This document shows, piece by piece, positions 16,435 to 28,418 of a stretch of 64,000 nucleotides of DNA. Location: positions 512,001 to 576,000 of the forward strand of contig CAWELD010000010.1 of assembly GCA_963809895.1 (NCBI GenBank). Direction: 5' to 3'. The notes under the pieces were generated by a model. That model ran no database searches, was not told the DNA's origin, and saw only the letters and a program-made list of their open reading frames with translations. Positions within the stretch are counted from its first letter, which is position 1. The number at the start of each line of letters is the position of its first letter. Origin of the DNA: an uncultured Gemmatimonadales bacterium. Lineage in GTDB: Bacteria; Gemmatimonadota; Gemmatimonadetes; Longimicrobiales; Gaopeijiaceae. A program made the translations under genes and the position numbers.

Positions 16435-18731
16435 GGCGTCACCTCCAACGGCGTTCCGAGCCGCCCGGACATCTGACGTCCGTTCACGGTTGCGGCCATG
16501 GCATCCCCCTGGACCTCCACGCTCACCTGGTGTCCACGGATCACGGCCCCCTCCAGTCGCACGCACTCGAGCCCCAGGGGCAGCGGATCCACGATGATAG
16601 CGACGTCGGCGGCGGCGGCGCCGCTCGGTGCGTCGCCACCTCCGGGCTCCAGCCCCGCGACCCCCCGCACCAGCAGGTCCAGCACCCAGGAGTGCTGGTA
16701 GTCGTCGATGCCCCGGAAGCGGCTGGGGTGCCCCGTGTATGGATTGTAGTGCTCGAAGCAGTTGGGGTGCCCGGGATCGCCGTCGTCGAACATCATGTGC
16801 ACGAAGCGGGTGAGGACGCGGGCCGCCACCGGTCCGACCTCGCGGCGGCCCGCCCGCCACTGCCGGAGCAGGCCCTCGATCAGGTGGCTCGTCGTCATGG
16901 GCCAGACCCGGCCGTTCCAGGGGCAGTTGTGGCGCTTGCCCTTCCACAGGCCCCGGGCGTCGAAGAGGGGGTCGTCCACCGATGAGGAAGGGATGGGCCA
17001 GGTCGTGCCGAAGGTGCGGGGATCGTCCAGATGCGCCAGCAGCCGCTCCAGGTGATGGTCGTCCAGCAGGTCCGTGAGGAGGGGGTAGAACCCCACCGCC
17101 GCCTTGACCCCGGTGCGCTCTCCGGTGCCGGCGTCCACGTCGGTGAAGATGCCGTCCTTCTCGCTCCACATCTCCTGCATGAGGGCCCGGGCGCTCGCGT
17201 CCGCCGAAGCTTCCCATTCGCCGGCCTCGGCGTCCCGGCCCAGGCGCTGGGCCATTAGCGCCAGTGCCCGCCGGAGCCGATGGGCGTACACGGTGACGTC
17301 CACCCCCTTGAGTGCCAGGTGGGGCTCCCAGTCGGTGGTGTCCGAGGCCTCGTCCACCGCCAGGTAGCGGGACATGTACTCCTGGCCGGTCTCGTAGTGG
17401 TTGACCACCGTGATCATCCCCGAGCCCTCGGGATCCCGCTCCCGGGCGAGCCAGCGAGCGTAGCGGGCGAGCCCGTCGTAGGCCTGGGTCAGGAAATCCT
17501 CGTCGGGATGTACGGCATCCACCGCCAGCACCGCGTCGCCCCAGTTCGAGTGGTAGAAATCGGGCTCGGGGCCCGCGCGGCGGCGGCCGAGCCAGAGCCG
17601 GCCGGGCAGGAAGCCGTCGTCCCGCTGCGCCTCCAGGAAGTTGAGCAGCGAGCCCCGGGCCACCGCCGGGTCCCGGCTCCAACGGGTCTCCATCATGTGG
17701 CATTGGGCCGAGTAGCTGATGGGCCAGTGGAAGTACTCGATCCCCTCGGCGATGGCAGGATGGGGATATCCGCCAGGATTGCCGCCCACCCGATTCAGGT
17801 GGAGCCCGTAGATCCGGTAGTCGAAATAGCGCGTGAGGCGCTCGTCGTCACAGACGAAGGTGGGATAGGCGTCGAACGCTTCACTCCACCGATCGGTGGA
17901 AGTGGGGATGGCTGCGCTGGGAAAGGTAGCGCGCACGGGCGCGGGTCGGGGCGCGGAGTCCCTCGCCTCCGCACCGGCCGCCAGCGTCGCCTGCAGGGCG
18001 AAGGTTACCGACGCATCGTTCGCCAATCCGGCCAGCGGTCGCGCCAGCGCGGCGTAGATCCAGCCACGGCCCACCAGGCCGGGAAGTCCCACGCGGTCCG
18101 GCAGTCCGCCGGCGGCCCTGGTCCTGCCCGTCCTCCAGCTTTCCGGGAAGGGCGTCAGGGCCCACACCGGGAACGCCCGTCCTTCGGAGCGTAGCGCATG
18201 ACGGCGCGCGACGCCGTCGGTCTCCAGCCGGAAGCCCACCGGGAGCGACACGTCGTGGTGCTCGAGCAGGCGGCTCCAGGCGACGGCGCGATCCTCGGCC
18301 CGCGACAGCGGCGCGGCCTCTTCGGGTAGCGCCGTGAAGGCCACCAGCGAGGCGCCCTCGAGCTCGGCGCTCCAGCCCACCGGCAACTCCCACACCGAGG
18401 TGAACCACCCGCCGGGCAGGACGCAGCGCGTCTCCTGGAGGGGAATCCCAGGGCCGGCATCGCCGACCTTCGCCTCCCAACGGGCCACCAGGCGATCGGG
18501 GCGCCAGACGCGGCTGCCGTCGGCCATGCGCAAGGGGATCTCTCGCCCCGCGGCGTCCACCAGCGCCACCGTGAACAACGGCCCCACCGGAAAGTGGAAG
18601 AGGTGCGCGGCGTCCCAGAAGCCGGGACGGTCCAGGTGGTCGGGAAAGGGCGGGGCCCACAGGAAGCCCTCTCCGGCCGATAGGTACCACTTGTCCGGGC
18701 GGGCCAACGCCGCCAGGCGGGCCTCGCTCAC
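16431..18731 (-). CDS. GH63/MGH1-like (alpha/alpha)6 glycoside hydrolase
   Basis: YETGQE, WNGRVWP, CFEHYNPYTG motifs of the trehalase/GH63 clan. Confidence 0.7.
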   Translation of the reverse strand: MSEARLAALARPDKWYLSAGEGFLWAPPFPDHLDRPGFWDAAHLFHFPVGPLFTVALVDAAGREIPLRMADGSRVWRPDRLVARWEAKVGDAGPGIPLQETRCVLPGGWFTSVWELPVGWSAELEGASLVAFTALPEEAAPLSRAEDRAVAWSRLLEHHDVSLPVGFRLETDGVARRHALRSEGRAFPVWALTPFPESWRTGRTRAAGGLPDRVGLPGLVGRGWIYAALARPLAGLANDASVTFALQATLAAGAEARDSAPRPAPVRATFPSAAIPTSTDRWSEAFDAYPTFVCDDERLTRYFDYRIYGLHLNRVGGNPGGYPHPAIAEGIEYFHWPISYSAQCHMMETRWSRDPAVARGSLLNFLEAQRDDGFLPGRLWLGRRRAGPEPDFYHSNWGDAVLAVDAVHPDEDFLTQAYDGLARYARWLARERDPEGSGMITVVNHYETGQEYMSRYLAVDEASDTTDWEPHLALKGVDVTVYAHRLRRALALMAQRLGRDAEAGEWEASADASARALMQEMWSEKDGIFTDVDAGTGERTGVKAAVGFYPLLTDLLDDHHLERLLAHLDDPRTFGTTWPIPSSSVDDPLFDARGLWKGKRHNCPWNGRVWPMTTSHLIEGLLRQWRAGRREVGPVAARVLTRFVHMMFDDGDPGHPNCFEHYNPYTGHPSRFRGIDDYQHSWVLDLLVRGVAGLEPGGGDAPSGAAAADVAIIVDPLPLGLECVRLEGAVIRGHQVSVEVQGDAMAATVNGRQMSGRLGTPLEVTP

Positions 18732-20131
18732 GAGCCTCCCGAGGTGGCGGTCGCGCCGCCGCCGTCGTTGGCGGATCCGTCGTTCACGCCTCCGCGCACG
18801 TAGGCCAGGAAGGCCGATTCGCGGAGCATGGGATGCGTCTCCAGCTGCGTGATCAGCGGGCCGGCGGCCCGAAGCAGCGCCTCACGGTCGGCCACCTCGG
18901 GCTCCAGCGGTGCATCGCCGGGTTGGCGCGCCTCGAAGATCACGTTGTCGCGGATCTCGAACCCCTCGGGAACCGCGTGGCGGGCGATGGGCCGCTGCGT
19001 GCAGTAGGGCTCGCCGGAGTCGTAGCGCTCGTCCTGGTTCGTGCGCACCAGGACGTTGCCGGTGAGCTCGCCGGGATCGGTGCCTTCGGCGGCCGGCACG
19101 GCGCGGTCCACGATGACGCCGCAGGCGCCGGTGCCGAAGACCACGTTGTCGGCGAAGGTGCCCCGGGGCCGGCCACCGTCGGGTCCCCAGTAGGCCATGC
19201 CCCAGGTGAGGATGTCCTCCACCACGTTCTCGCGGACCACCACCTGGGCGTCCACGAAGGCGCCGATACCCTTCCAGTAGTGGGTGACGCGGTTACCGCT
19301 GATGGTGGCCTGGCCGTTCCATGTCACGCCGATACCCACCCCGCGGCCGCCCCCGTGGCGGGCGCCGGAGGCAGCGTCCACGCCGTCGATGAGGTTGTCC
19401 GTGATGGTGGCCCGAGCAGTGCGGTAGAGCGCCACCCCGTCCCAGGAGTTCCGGAGAATGCGGCATCGGCGCAGCGTCAGATCTCCTCGCTCCCGCACGG
19501 TGACGCCCATGACACCGGAGATGGTGGAGCCGTGGACGATGGCCGAGTCGCCCAGGTTGTCCCGGACGACGCAGTCCTCCACGGTCACCGGCCCACCACG
19601 CACGACCACGCCGGCGTCGGTTGCGCGGCCGTCGGGATCCCGGATCCCGCCCGTGACGGTAATCCCCCGGAGCCCGCAGTTTCGGCAATCGTCGAAGAGC
19701 ACGCCGTATCCCGAACGGGTCTCCAGCACCACCGCCGTGGGATCGTCGGGGTCACCTTCCAGGGTGATGGAATCGCCGGCGAGCCGGAGGCCCCGAGTGG
19801 CGGGCACGGTCTCGGTGGCGTCCTGGCAGTTGCCGCAGGCCGGGTCGATGTAGTCCACGGGCGAGAGCACGTAGCGCCCCGGCGCCAACCTGACCCGGGC
19901 CGGGCCGGAGAGGGTGTCCAGAAGGGCCTGCAGCCCGGCGCCACCGTCGGCCTCGGCGCGGACCTCCACGACCGGAGGGCCGGCGTTCGCCGACGGTCCG
20001 CAGGCGGAGATCGTGATGGCGAGGAGTACCGCCGCAGGCAGGGTGACGCGGAGAGCGCGGCGGTAGTCCGGGCGGTGCGGGCGCAGGCGACGGGGGTCGC
20101 GGATCGTGGTCGCGCGATGGATCGATGGCAT
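18728..20131 (-). CDS. Right-handed beta-helix lipoprotein
   Basis: Lipobox ISAC; ILRNSWDG, ITDNLI, ISGNRV, VRENVV repeats. Start may be the GTG near 20047. Confidence 0.7.
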   Translation of the reverse strand: MPSIHRATTIRDPRRLRPHRPDYRRALRVTLPAAVLLAITISACGPSANAGPPVVEVRAEADGGAGLQALLDTLSGPARVRLAPGRYVLSPVDYIDPACGNCQDATETVPATRGLRLAGDSITLEGDPDDPTAVVLETRSGYGVLFDDCRNCGLRGITVTGGIRDPDGRATDAGVVVRGGPVTVEDCVVRDNLGDSAIVHGSTISGVMGVTVRERGDLTLRRCRILRNSWDGVALYRTARATITDNLIDGVDAASGARHGGGRGVGIGVTWNGQATISGNRVTHYWKGIGAFVDAQVVVRENVVEDILTWGMAYWGPDGGRPRGTFADNVVFGTGACGVIVDRAVPAAEGTDPGELTGNVLVRTNQDERYDSGEPYCTQRPIARHAVPEGFEIRDNVIFEARQPGDAPLEPEVADREALLRAAGPLITQLETHPMLRESAFLAYVRGGVNDGSANDGGGATATSGGS

Positions 20132-20174
20132 GCGCCCGAAGCTAGGGTCGGGCGCTCCGAGCCGCGACCCGGCG

Positions 20175-22796
20175 CTACTCGGCGTTCAGCGTGCGCGCCG
20201 GATCGACGCGCGAGGCCCGCATGGAGGGCACCAGGGTCGCGACCAGCACCGAGGCGCCCAACACCACCACCACCACGGTCCAGGCGCGGGGATCCAGCCA
20301 GGCGACGCCCCGGAGATTTCCGGCGAGGGCCCGGGCGAAGAAGGCCCCGGCGGCCAGTCCCAGGACCAGGCCGAGGCCGCCGACGCGGGCGCCCTCGCCG
20401 AGGACCATCCCCCGAACCTGACCCTCGGAGGCGCCCACGGCCATGCGGATGCCGATCTCCCGCGTGCGTGTGGCCACGGAGAACGCCACCAGCCCGTAGA
20501 CGCCGGCCACGGTCAGAAGCAGGGCCACGGCTCCGAACGCCGAGAAGAGGCCGCCCAGGAACCGGAGCGGTGCCAGCGCACGCCGGTGGATGTCGGCCAG
20601 CGTGCCGACGTTGGCCACCGCCAGATCCGGATCGAGACGGGCCAGGGCCTGTCGCACCGCCGGCACCAGGCTGACGGGATCGCCGTCCACTCGCAGCAGG
20701 AAGGCGCGGCTGGCGCGTGGGCTCTGCGCGTGGGGCACCAGGACCATGGGCAGCGTGGAGCCGCTGCCGATTTCGGTGACCAGGTGGTCCGGGAAGACGC
20801 CCACCACGGTCCGGTAGACGTTCTCGTCCCGCCACGAGCGCACCTTCATGCCCACGGGGGATTGTCCCTCGGGCGCCAGCAGGCGGGCCATGCGCTGGCT
20901 CACCATCATCACCGGTTCGGAATTCGCGTCGTCCGTACGGGTGAAGGTACGGCCCCGGGTGGGAGAGAGGCCCAGCGTCTCCAGGTAGTGGGGATCCACC
21001 TCGACCCATTGCGCGATCTGCTCCGGTCCATCGGGCGGCTCGGGAGCGCCCTCGGGCAGGAAGGCGCGCACCAGCTCCAGACCGCCACCGTTGAACGGCG
21101 TCGTCGATGTCAGCGCCACCTCGCGCACGCCCGGCAGGGCGGCGAGCTCCTCCTCGCCTCGTCGGTAGAAGGCCAGGATGTCGTCGGGCTCCTGGTAGCG
21201 GCCCGAAGGCAGCACCAGCGAGAAGGTGAGGAGTCCCTCTGCTCGGAAGCCGGGATCGGTGGCGAGCTGGGTCTGGAAGGAGCGGAGCACCAGGCCCGAT
21301 GCCAGGAGCAGGACGACGCTCAGCCCCACTTCGACCACGACCAGGGCACGCTGGCCTCGGCGGCGTGAGCCTCCGCCTCCGCGGCCTCCTTCGCGTAGAC
21401 TGGGGGCGGGCTCGGCGCGGCCCGCGGCGACGGCCGGCGCGGTCCCGGCCACGAGCGCCGCCAGCAGGGAGAGGGCGAGGGCCGCCCCCACCACCGTGGG
21501 ATCGAGGCGGGCCGCGTGGGCACCGGAGAACGCTGCCGGCGCGATGCGCGCGAACGCCCGCATGAGCAGCAGCGCCAGTGCGATCCCGGCGGCTCCGCCC
21601 GCGACGGCCAGCAGTCCGCTCTCCAGCAGCACCTGCCGTATCAGCCGGCCCCGGTCGGCTCCCAGCGCCGCCCTGAGCGAGAGCTCCCGGGCGCGGCGAC
21701 GGCCCTGGACCAGGAGCAGGCCGGCCACGTTCAGGCAGGCCACCAGCATGACGGCCAGGACCGCGAGGCCGGCCAGAAGCGCCAGGCGGGGGGTCTCCAC
21801 CGAATAGAGCGAGCGCTGCAGCGGCACCACCTGCACGCGCCAGTCCCGCTCGTCGTCTCCCTGCGGGAGCTGGCTGCGGGCGCGGGCGACCACCTGGGAC
21901 AACCGCGTGGTGGCAAGCTCGGCGTCGGCGTCGGGCGCCAGGCGGGCGATGACCTGGAAGGTGTGGTTGTCGCGACGGTCGGCCCACTCGGGTGGCGCGT
22001 CGCCCCAGCCGTAGGCGATCCACGCATCGGCCCCCACCGGCCAGGCATGGTCGGCGGCGAGCACGCCTACCACCGTGTAGCCCCGGCCGTCGAGGCGCAC
22101 GGTGCGGCCGACCACGGTGGGATCCGCTCCCCAGCGCCTGCGCCACAGGCCCTGGGAGAGCACGATGGTGCGCGGCGCATCGGCCGCCTCGTCGGCGGCG
22201 CCGAGCACGCGCCCCACGAGGCCCTCCACCCCGAGAACATCGAAGAACGACGGGCCCACTTCGGCTACCCGGATTCGCTCGGCGGCCACCTCGCCTGCCA
22301 GGTCCACGCTGGCCTGGCTGTAGATGGCCGCATCCGCCAGCACGTCGCTCTGACTGACGTCGTGGAAGTCGGGCCACGACACGCTGGAGCGCTGGAATCC
22401 CTGTACCGGGTTACGGGACCAGACGCGGACCAGCCGGTCGCCGTCGGGGAAGGGGAGCGGGCGGAGCAGGAGGCGGTCCGCCACGCTGGCCACCGCCGTG
22501 GCGCTCCCGATGCCCACGGCCAGGATCGCCACCGCCGCCGCCACCAGAGCCGGCCGCCGCCGGAGCGAGCGGAGGGCCTGCCTGAGATCCACCATCCATC
22601 GTCCCATCCCTGCCTCCCGTCGTCGCAGATGGAGGGCGTGAGGCACGATGCCAAGCGCCCACACCGAGTCCTTCAATGCGCTGCCGCCCGCCCGGCTCCG
22701 ATGTACCAGGTCGGCCTCCCACTGCCTGAACAGGCGAGGGCGGGAGTCGGCGGGAGCCAGCAGGCACCCGACCCGGATCAGCCAGCGCGCCAGCAC
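20175..22796 (-). CDS. ADOP-type duplicated MacB/FtsX-like permease #1
   Basis: DLRQALRSLRRRP, ACLNVAGL, RARELSLRAALGA, RTREIGIRMAVGA, RASRVDP. Confidence 0.9.
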   Translation of the reverse strand: MLARWLIRVGCLLAPADSRPRLFRQWEADLVHRSRAGGSALKDSVWALGIVPHALHLRRREAGMGRWMVDLRQALRSLRRRPALVAAAVAILAVGIGSATAVASVADRLLLRPLPFPDGDRLVRVWSRNPVQGFQRSSVSWPDFHDVSQSDVLADAAIYSQASVDLAGEVAAERIRVAEVGPSFFDVLGVEGLVGRVLGAADEAADAPRTIVLSQGLWRRRWGADPTVVGRTVRLDGRGYTVVGVLAADHAWPVGADAWIAYGWGDAPPEWADRRDNHTFQVIARLAPDADAELATTRLSQVVARARSQLPQGDDERDWRVQVVPLQRSLYSVETPRLALLAGLAVLAVMLVACLNVAGLLLVQGRRRARELSLRAALGADRGRLIRQVLLESGLLAVAGGAAGIALALLLMRAFARIAPAAFSGAHAARLDPTVVGAALALSLLAALVAGTAPAVAAGRAEPAPSLREGGRGGGGSRRRGQRALVVVEVGLSVVLLLASGLVLRSFQTQLATDPGFRAEGLLTFSLVLPSGRYQEPDDILAFYRRGEEELAALPGVREVALTSTTPFNGGGLELVRAFLPEGAPEPPDGPEQIAQWVEVDPHYLETLGLSPTRGRTFTRTDDANSEPVMMVSQRMARLLAPEGQSPVGMKVRSWRDENVYRTVVGVFPDHLVTEIGSGSTLPMVLVPHAQSPRASRAFLLRVDGDPVSLVPAVRQALARLDPDLAVANVGTLADIHRRALAPLRFLGGLFSAFGAVALLLTVAGVYGLVAFSVATRTREIGIRMAVGASEGQVRGMVLGEGARVGGLGLVLGLAAGAFFARALAGNLRGVAWLDPRAWTVVVVVLGASVLVATLVPSMRASRVDPARTLNAE

Positions 22797-23123
22797 CTAC
22801 GCCTCGCGTGCCCGGCCGGGGTGGGTCACGCCGTCGATGGTGAGGGGTGCCAGCGCCCGGTAGCGCTCCAGCCCTTCGATGAGCGCCTGCTTGCCGGCCT
22901 TGGTGATGGCGTAGTAGCGGCGGGGCGGCCGCTTCTCGGCCCGGGCCACCTCCACGTCCTCCCAACTGGACTCGGCGAGCCCCTCCTCTTCGAGGCGCTC
23001 CAGCGTGGGATACACGGTGCCGCTGGTGAGGCCGGTCTCGCTCTGGATGTCGAAGCCGTGGCCGTGGCCGCGGGCCAGGGCGTGGAGGATCATGATCTGG
23101 CCGACGCTGGGCTTTCGGGGCAT
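22797..23123 (-). CDS. PadR-family regulator #1
   Basis: HGFDI...GTVYPTLERLEEEG...RRYYAITKAG. Confidence 0.9.
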   Translation of the reverse strand: MPRKPSVGQIMILHALARGHGHGFDIQSETGLTSGTVYPTLERLEEEGLAESSWEDVEVARAEKRPPRRYYAITKAGKQALIEGLERYRALAPLTIDGVTHPGRAREA

Positions 23124-23267
23124 GGGGCGCCTCACTCGTTTCTAGCTAAGTTGAATGTCAACCTAGATAGCTTCCGGGCGACGGGCAAGTGTGGGGTGCC
23201 TCGCCCCATCGGGGGCCGCCTGGGGGGCTTCGCCCGCCGGGGCCGCACCGGGTGGTGATCGGGTGGC

Positions 23268-23452
23268 CTGGCGCCTGGGCCGCATCGAGTGGCGTTTCGC
23301 AGCCAGGGATGGCCGCGGCGGAGGGTGCTGGCTGCAAAGTCCAGGACTATCCTGGCGTTTGCAGCCACGGAAGAGGAGACGCGTGTTCAGGGCTGCAAAC
23401 ACCAGAATAATCATGGTGTTCGCAGCCCTCTTCACGTGATTCGGCGATCCAG
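23268..23452. repeat. REP-like nested palindromic intergenic element
   Basis: Two related hairpins, tggctgcaaa...tttgcagcca (23329-23367) and agggctgcaaacacca...tggtgttcgcagccct (23389-23429), inside an imperfect outer inverted repeat. Confidence 0.65.
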
Positions 23453-23502
23453 GGCGGCGATCCCCATGTTCGCCCCCCACGACCGACCACGCGCGAGCCG
23501 CT

Positions 23503-24240
23503 CTAGCCGTCCACCAGCTCCCGCGCCCGCGCCCACACGGCGTCGAACATCTCCTCGGTGAGCGTGCCGGTGAAGGTGTTCTGCTGAGACGGGTGGTACG
23601 AGGCCAGCACCGGTAGCCGTTCGGGGGCCCCGCGCTCGGCGGGCAGATCCTCGGGCCGCCCCACGAGCGTCTCGGCGCCGTGGCCGAATCGCGGCCGAGG
23701 CGTGGCTACGTCCCACCGCTCGGCGCTCATGATCCGGAGCACCTGATTCCAGGCGTAGGATCCCAGCGCCACGACCCCCCGCAGGCCCGGTGCCAGCAGG
23801 CGCAGCTCCTCTTCCAGATACGGCCGGCAGCTCCGGCGCTCATCGGGCGTGGGGCGGTTCCCGGGTGGGGCGCAGCGGACGGCCGCGGTGAGCCAGAGGT
23901 CGTGAAGCTCCAGGCCGTCGCCTCGCGCCTCGGCCGTGGGCTGGCTGGCGAAGCCTGCCCGGTGGAGCGCCCGGAAGAGCCAATCCCCCGAACGATCTCC
24001 GGTGAACATGCGGCCGGTGCGGTTGGCGCCGTGGGCCGCCGGTGCGAGTCCCACCACCAGCAGACGAGCCTCCGGGTCTCCGAAGGCGGGCACCGGACGG
24101 CCCCAGTACTCCTCGTGGGCGAAGGACGCCCGCTTTTCCTGCGCCACCTTCTCGCGCCAGGCCACCAGCCGCGGGCAGCGCCGGCAGGCCGCCACCTCCT
24201 CCTGCAGTCGGAGGAGGTGGCGCGTACCCGACTCGGTCAT
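23503..24240 (-). CDS. udgB: Uracil-DNA glycosylase family 5
   Basis: CRRCPRL, GLAPAAHGANRTGRMFTGDRSG, YHPSQQNT. Confidence 0.9.
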   Translation of the reverse strand: MTESGTRHLLRLQEEVAACRRCPRLVAWREKVAQEKRASFAHEEYWGRPVPAFGDPEARLLVVGLAPAAHGANRTGRMFTGDRSGDWLFRALHRAGFASQPTAEARGDGLELHDLWLTAAVRCAPPGNRPTPDERRSCRPYLEEELRLLAPGLRGVVALGSYAWNQVLRIMSAERWDVATPRPRFGHGAETLVGRPEDLPAERGAPERLPVLASYHPSQQNTFTGTLTEEMFDAVWARARELVDG

Positions 24241-24247
24241 GCGGTGC

Positions 24248-26557
<2,310 letters not shown>

Positions 26558-26712
26558 GAATGGCTCCAGGGTTCAGGTGGCGTCTCGGGGCTGGACCGGG
26601 GGCAGGGAGGCCCGCACGGCGAGACGTGCCGGGGGCCTCCGGCAATTTCGACAGCTACGCGGCCGGAAGCGTTGAGGTCCGCGGCCCACCGCCGCAAGGT
26701 CACCGCTACCGG

Positions 26713-27210
26713 TCAGGAATCGGCTTCCAGCAGCTCGAACGTGCCGGTCCGCCGGTTCTTCCGCACCTGATTCCAGTCGAAGCAGCGGCCGTTCATGGCG
26801 ATGTAGATCCCCGGCGGCAGAACCTGGGCGAAGGACAGCGCGCTACCGAGGTTGAAGAGGCCGTCGGAGCTGCCGAAGGCGTAGGGGATCATGGCTCCGG
26901 TCAGCACCACCGTCTTGCCCTGGACGGTGCCCGCCAGGGTGCGGGCGGTCTCGGTCATGGTGTCGGTGCCGTGGGTGATGACGATGCGATCTTCGGCGCA
27001 GCGTTGGCAGTTGCGGCTGATGGTGTCCCGGTCCGCGTCGGTCATCTCCAGGCTGTCCACCATCATCAGGGTGCGGACCTCCAGGTCGAGGGCGCACCGG
27101 CCCCGCCGGAGCATCTCGGGCAGGTGGGTGTCTCCGAAGGAGAGCTCTCCCCGGATCTCGTCGTATTCCTTGTCGAAGGTGCCGCCGGTCACGAAGACCC
27201 GGATGGCCAT
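26713..27210 (-). CDS. Asparaginase-domain protein
   Basis: TGGTFDK and ITHGTDTM motifs. Confidence 0.88.
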   Translation of the reverse strand: MAIRVFVTGGTFDKEYDEIRGELSFGDTHLPEMLRRGRCALDLEVRTLMMVDSLEMTDADRDTISRNCQRCAEDRIVITHGTDTMTETARTLAGTVQGKTVVLTGAMIPYAFGSSDGLFNLGSALSFAQVLPPGIYIAMNGRCFDWNQVRKNRRTGTFELLEADS

Positions 27211-27230
27211 GAAGGGCTCCCTGTCTGGAA

Positions 27231-27620
27231 TCAGCCGGGCTCGCCCTCCGATTCCACCGCGTCGCGGGTCAACTCGTTGGCCGCATCGATGGCGAGGGGG
27301 AGCGCGGCCCGGAGCTCGCCTGGCGCCACCGAGGCCCGAAAGGGCCGGCGCAGGCTCCGGTACGCACCATCCTGGCGCAGCCGGGCGCCCACCGCCAGAT
27401 CGATGGCGCCATCGGGGGAGTCCGCGGCAGGCGTCACGATGATGTGGCGCTCCATCCCGTCGCGGTACCACTCGAAGATCCGCTCCGGCCTGCCGGCTGG
27501 ATCGCGCAGGAGATCCGTGCCGTTGGCCAACGCGAAGATGTTCAGGTCCGAATCGATCTCCTGCAGGACGGATCCGGCGGGCTGTTCTTCGCCGCCTGGT
27601 CCGGTTGGCTCCTGAGACAT
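27231..27620 (-). CDS. Hypothetical protein
   Basis: Operon-like spacing and high-GC codon pattern. Confidence 0.6.
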   Translation of the reverse strand: MSQEPTGPGGEEQPAGSVLQEIDSDLNIFALANGTDLLRDPAGRPERIFEWYRDGMERHIIVTPAADSPDGAIDLAVGARLRQDGAYRSLRRPFRASVAPGELRAALPLAIDAANELTRDAVESEGEPG

Positions 27621-27729
27621 GGGATCGACGCTCCTGGCTGGCGGTCGGATGCTGCGATGCCCGGCGGAAGGCCGCGGCTGTGCTTCTATAGACGCGGCCC
27701 GCCGAACGAAGGTTTCCCCGATGACCCCT

Positions 27730-28377
27730 TCAGCGAAAGAACAATTGTAGTTCGAGCCCGGACCGGAAGGTGCCGTAGGTGTCGGTCGAGCGCTCCCTCT
27801 TCACACCGGCGAGGTTGTCCACGATGTCGGCGCTGGTGTGGAGGTACTGGACGCCCGTGTACGCACCGATGGCGATCTGACGTGTGGGATACCACTCGGC
27901 GCCCAACGCCAGAGAGCCCTGGATGTTGAAGCCCGTCTCGTCGCGCTGAAGATCGTCGTTGATGTGGAGATCGCTCCCGGACCACCCCACGGACAGCTTG
28001 GTACGCAGGTAGGGCGAGACCGGGCCGGTCCGCATCCCGTAGTAGCGGATCGAGGGGCCGATGTTGAGGAGCCAGGTGGTGGCCACGCCATCCTGGGTGA
28101 CATTGGCCTCGAGTCGCTCGTCGCTGGTGCCGCGACGGAATTCGACCTCCATGCCGCCGTTCAGCCGGTCGCTGAGCATGCGCCAGACTCCGAGGACGGT
28201 GCCCAGGTCCGAGTTGAAGAGCTGGGTGGCGATGGACCAATCCCCCTTCCGGGGCGCTTGCTGCGCCTGGAGCGGGGCCGAAGTCACAAGGGCGGACAGT
28301 CCCAGGGTGGCGAGAGCGATCAGGGTTCGGCGCACGGGGTTCTCCAGCGGGAAGTGGGACGATGCTTCGGCATCCAC
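27730..28377 (-). CDS. Outer-membrane beta-barrel protein
   Basis: Signal peptide; amphipathic strands; aromatic C-terminus LQLFFR. Start may be the GTG near 28335. Confidence 0.7.
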   Translation of the reverse strand: MDAEASSHFPLENPVRRTLIALATLGLSALVTSAPLQAQQAPRKGDWSIATQLFNSDLGTVLGVWRMLSDRLNGGMEVEFRRGTSDERLEANVTQDGVATTWLLNIGPSIRYYGMRTGPVSPYLRTKLSVGWSGSDLHINDDLQRDETGFNIQGSLALGAEWYPTRQIAIGAYTGVQYLHTSADIVDNLAGVKRERSTDTYGTFRSGLELQLFFR

Positions 28378-28418
28378 GGGGTCTCGGTCCCTACCCTACG
28401 CGCCCGTAGCGGTGGGGG

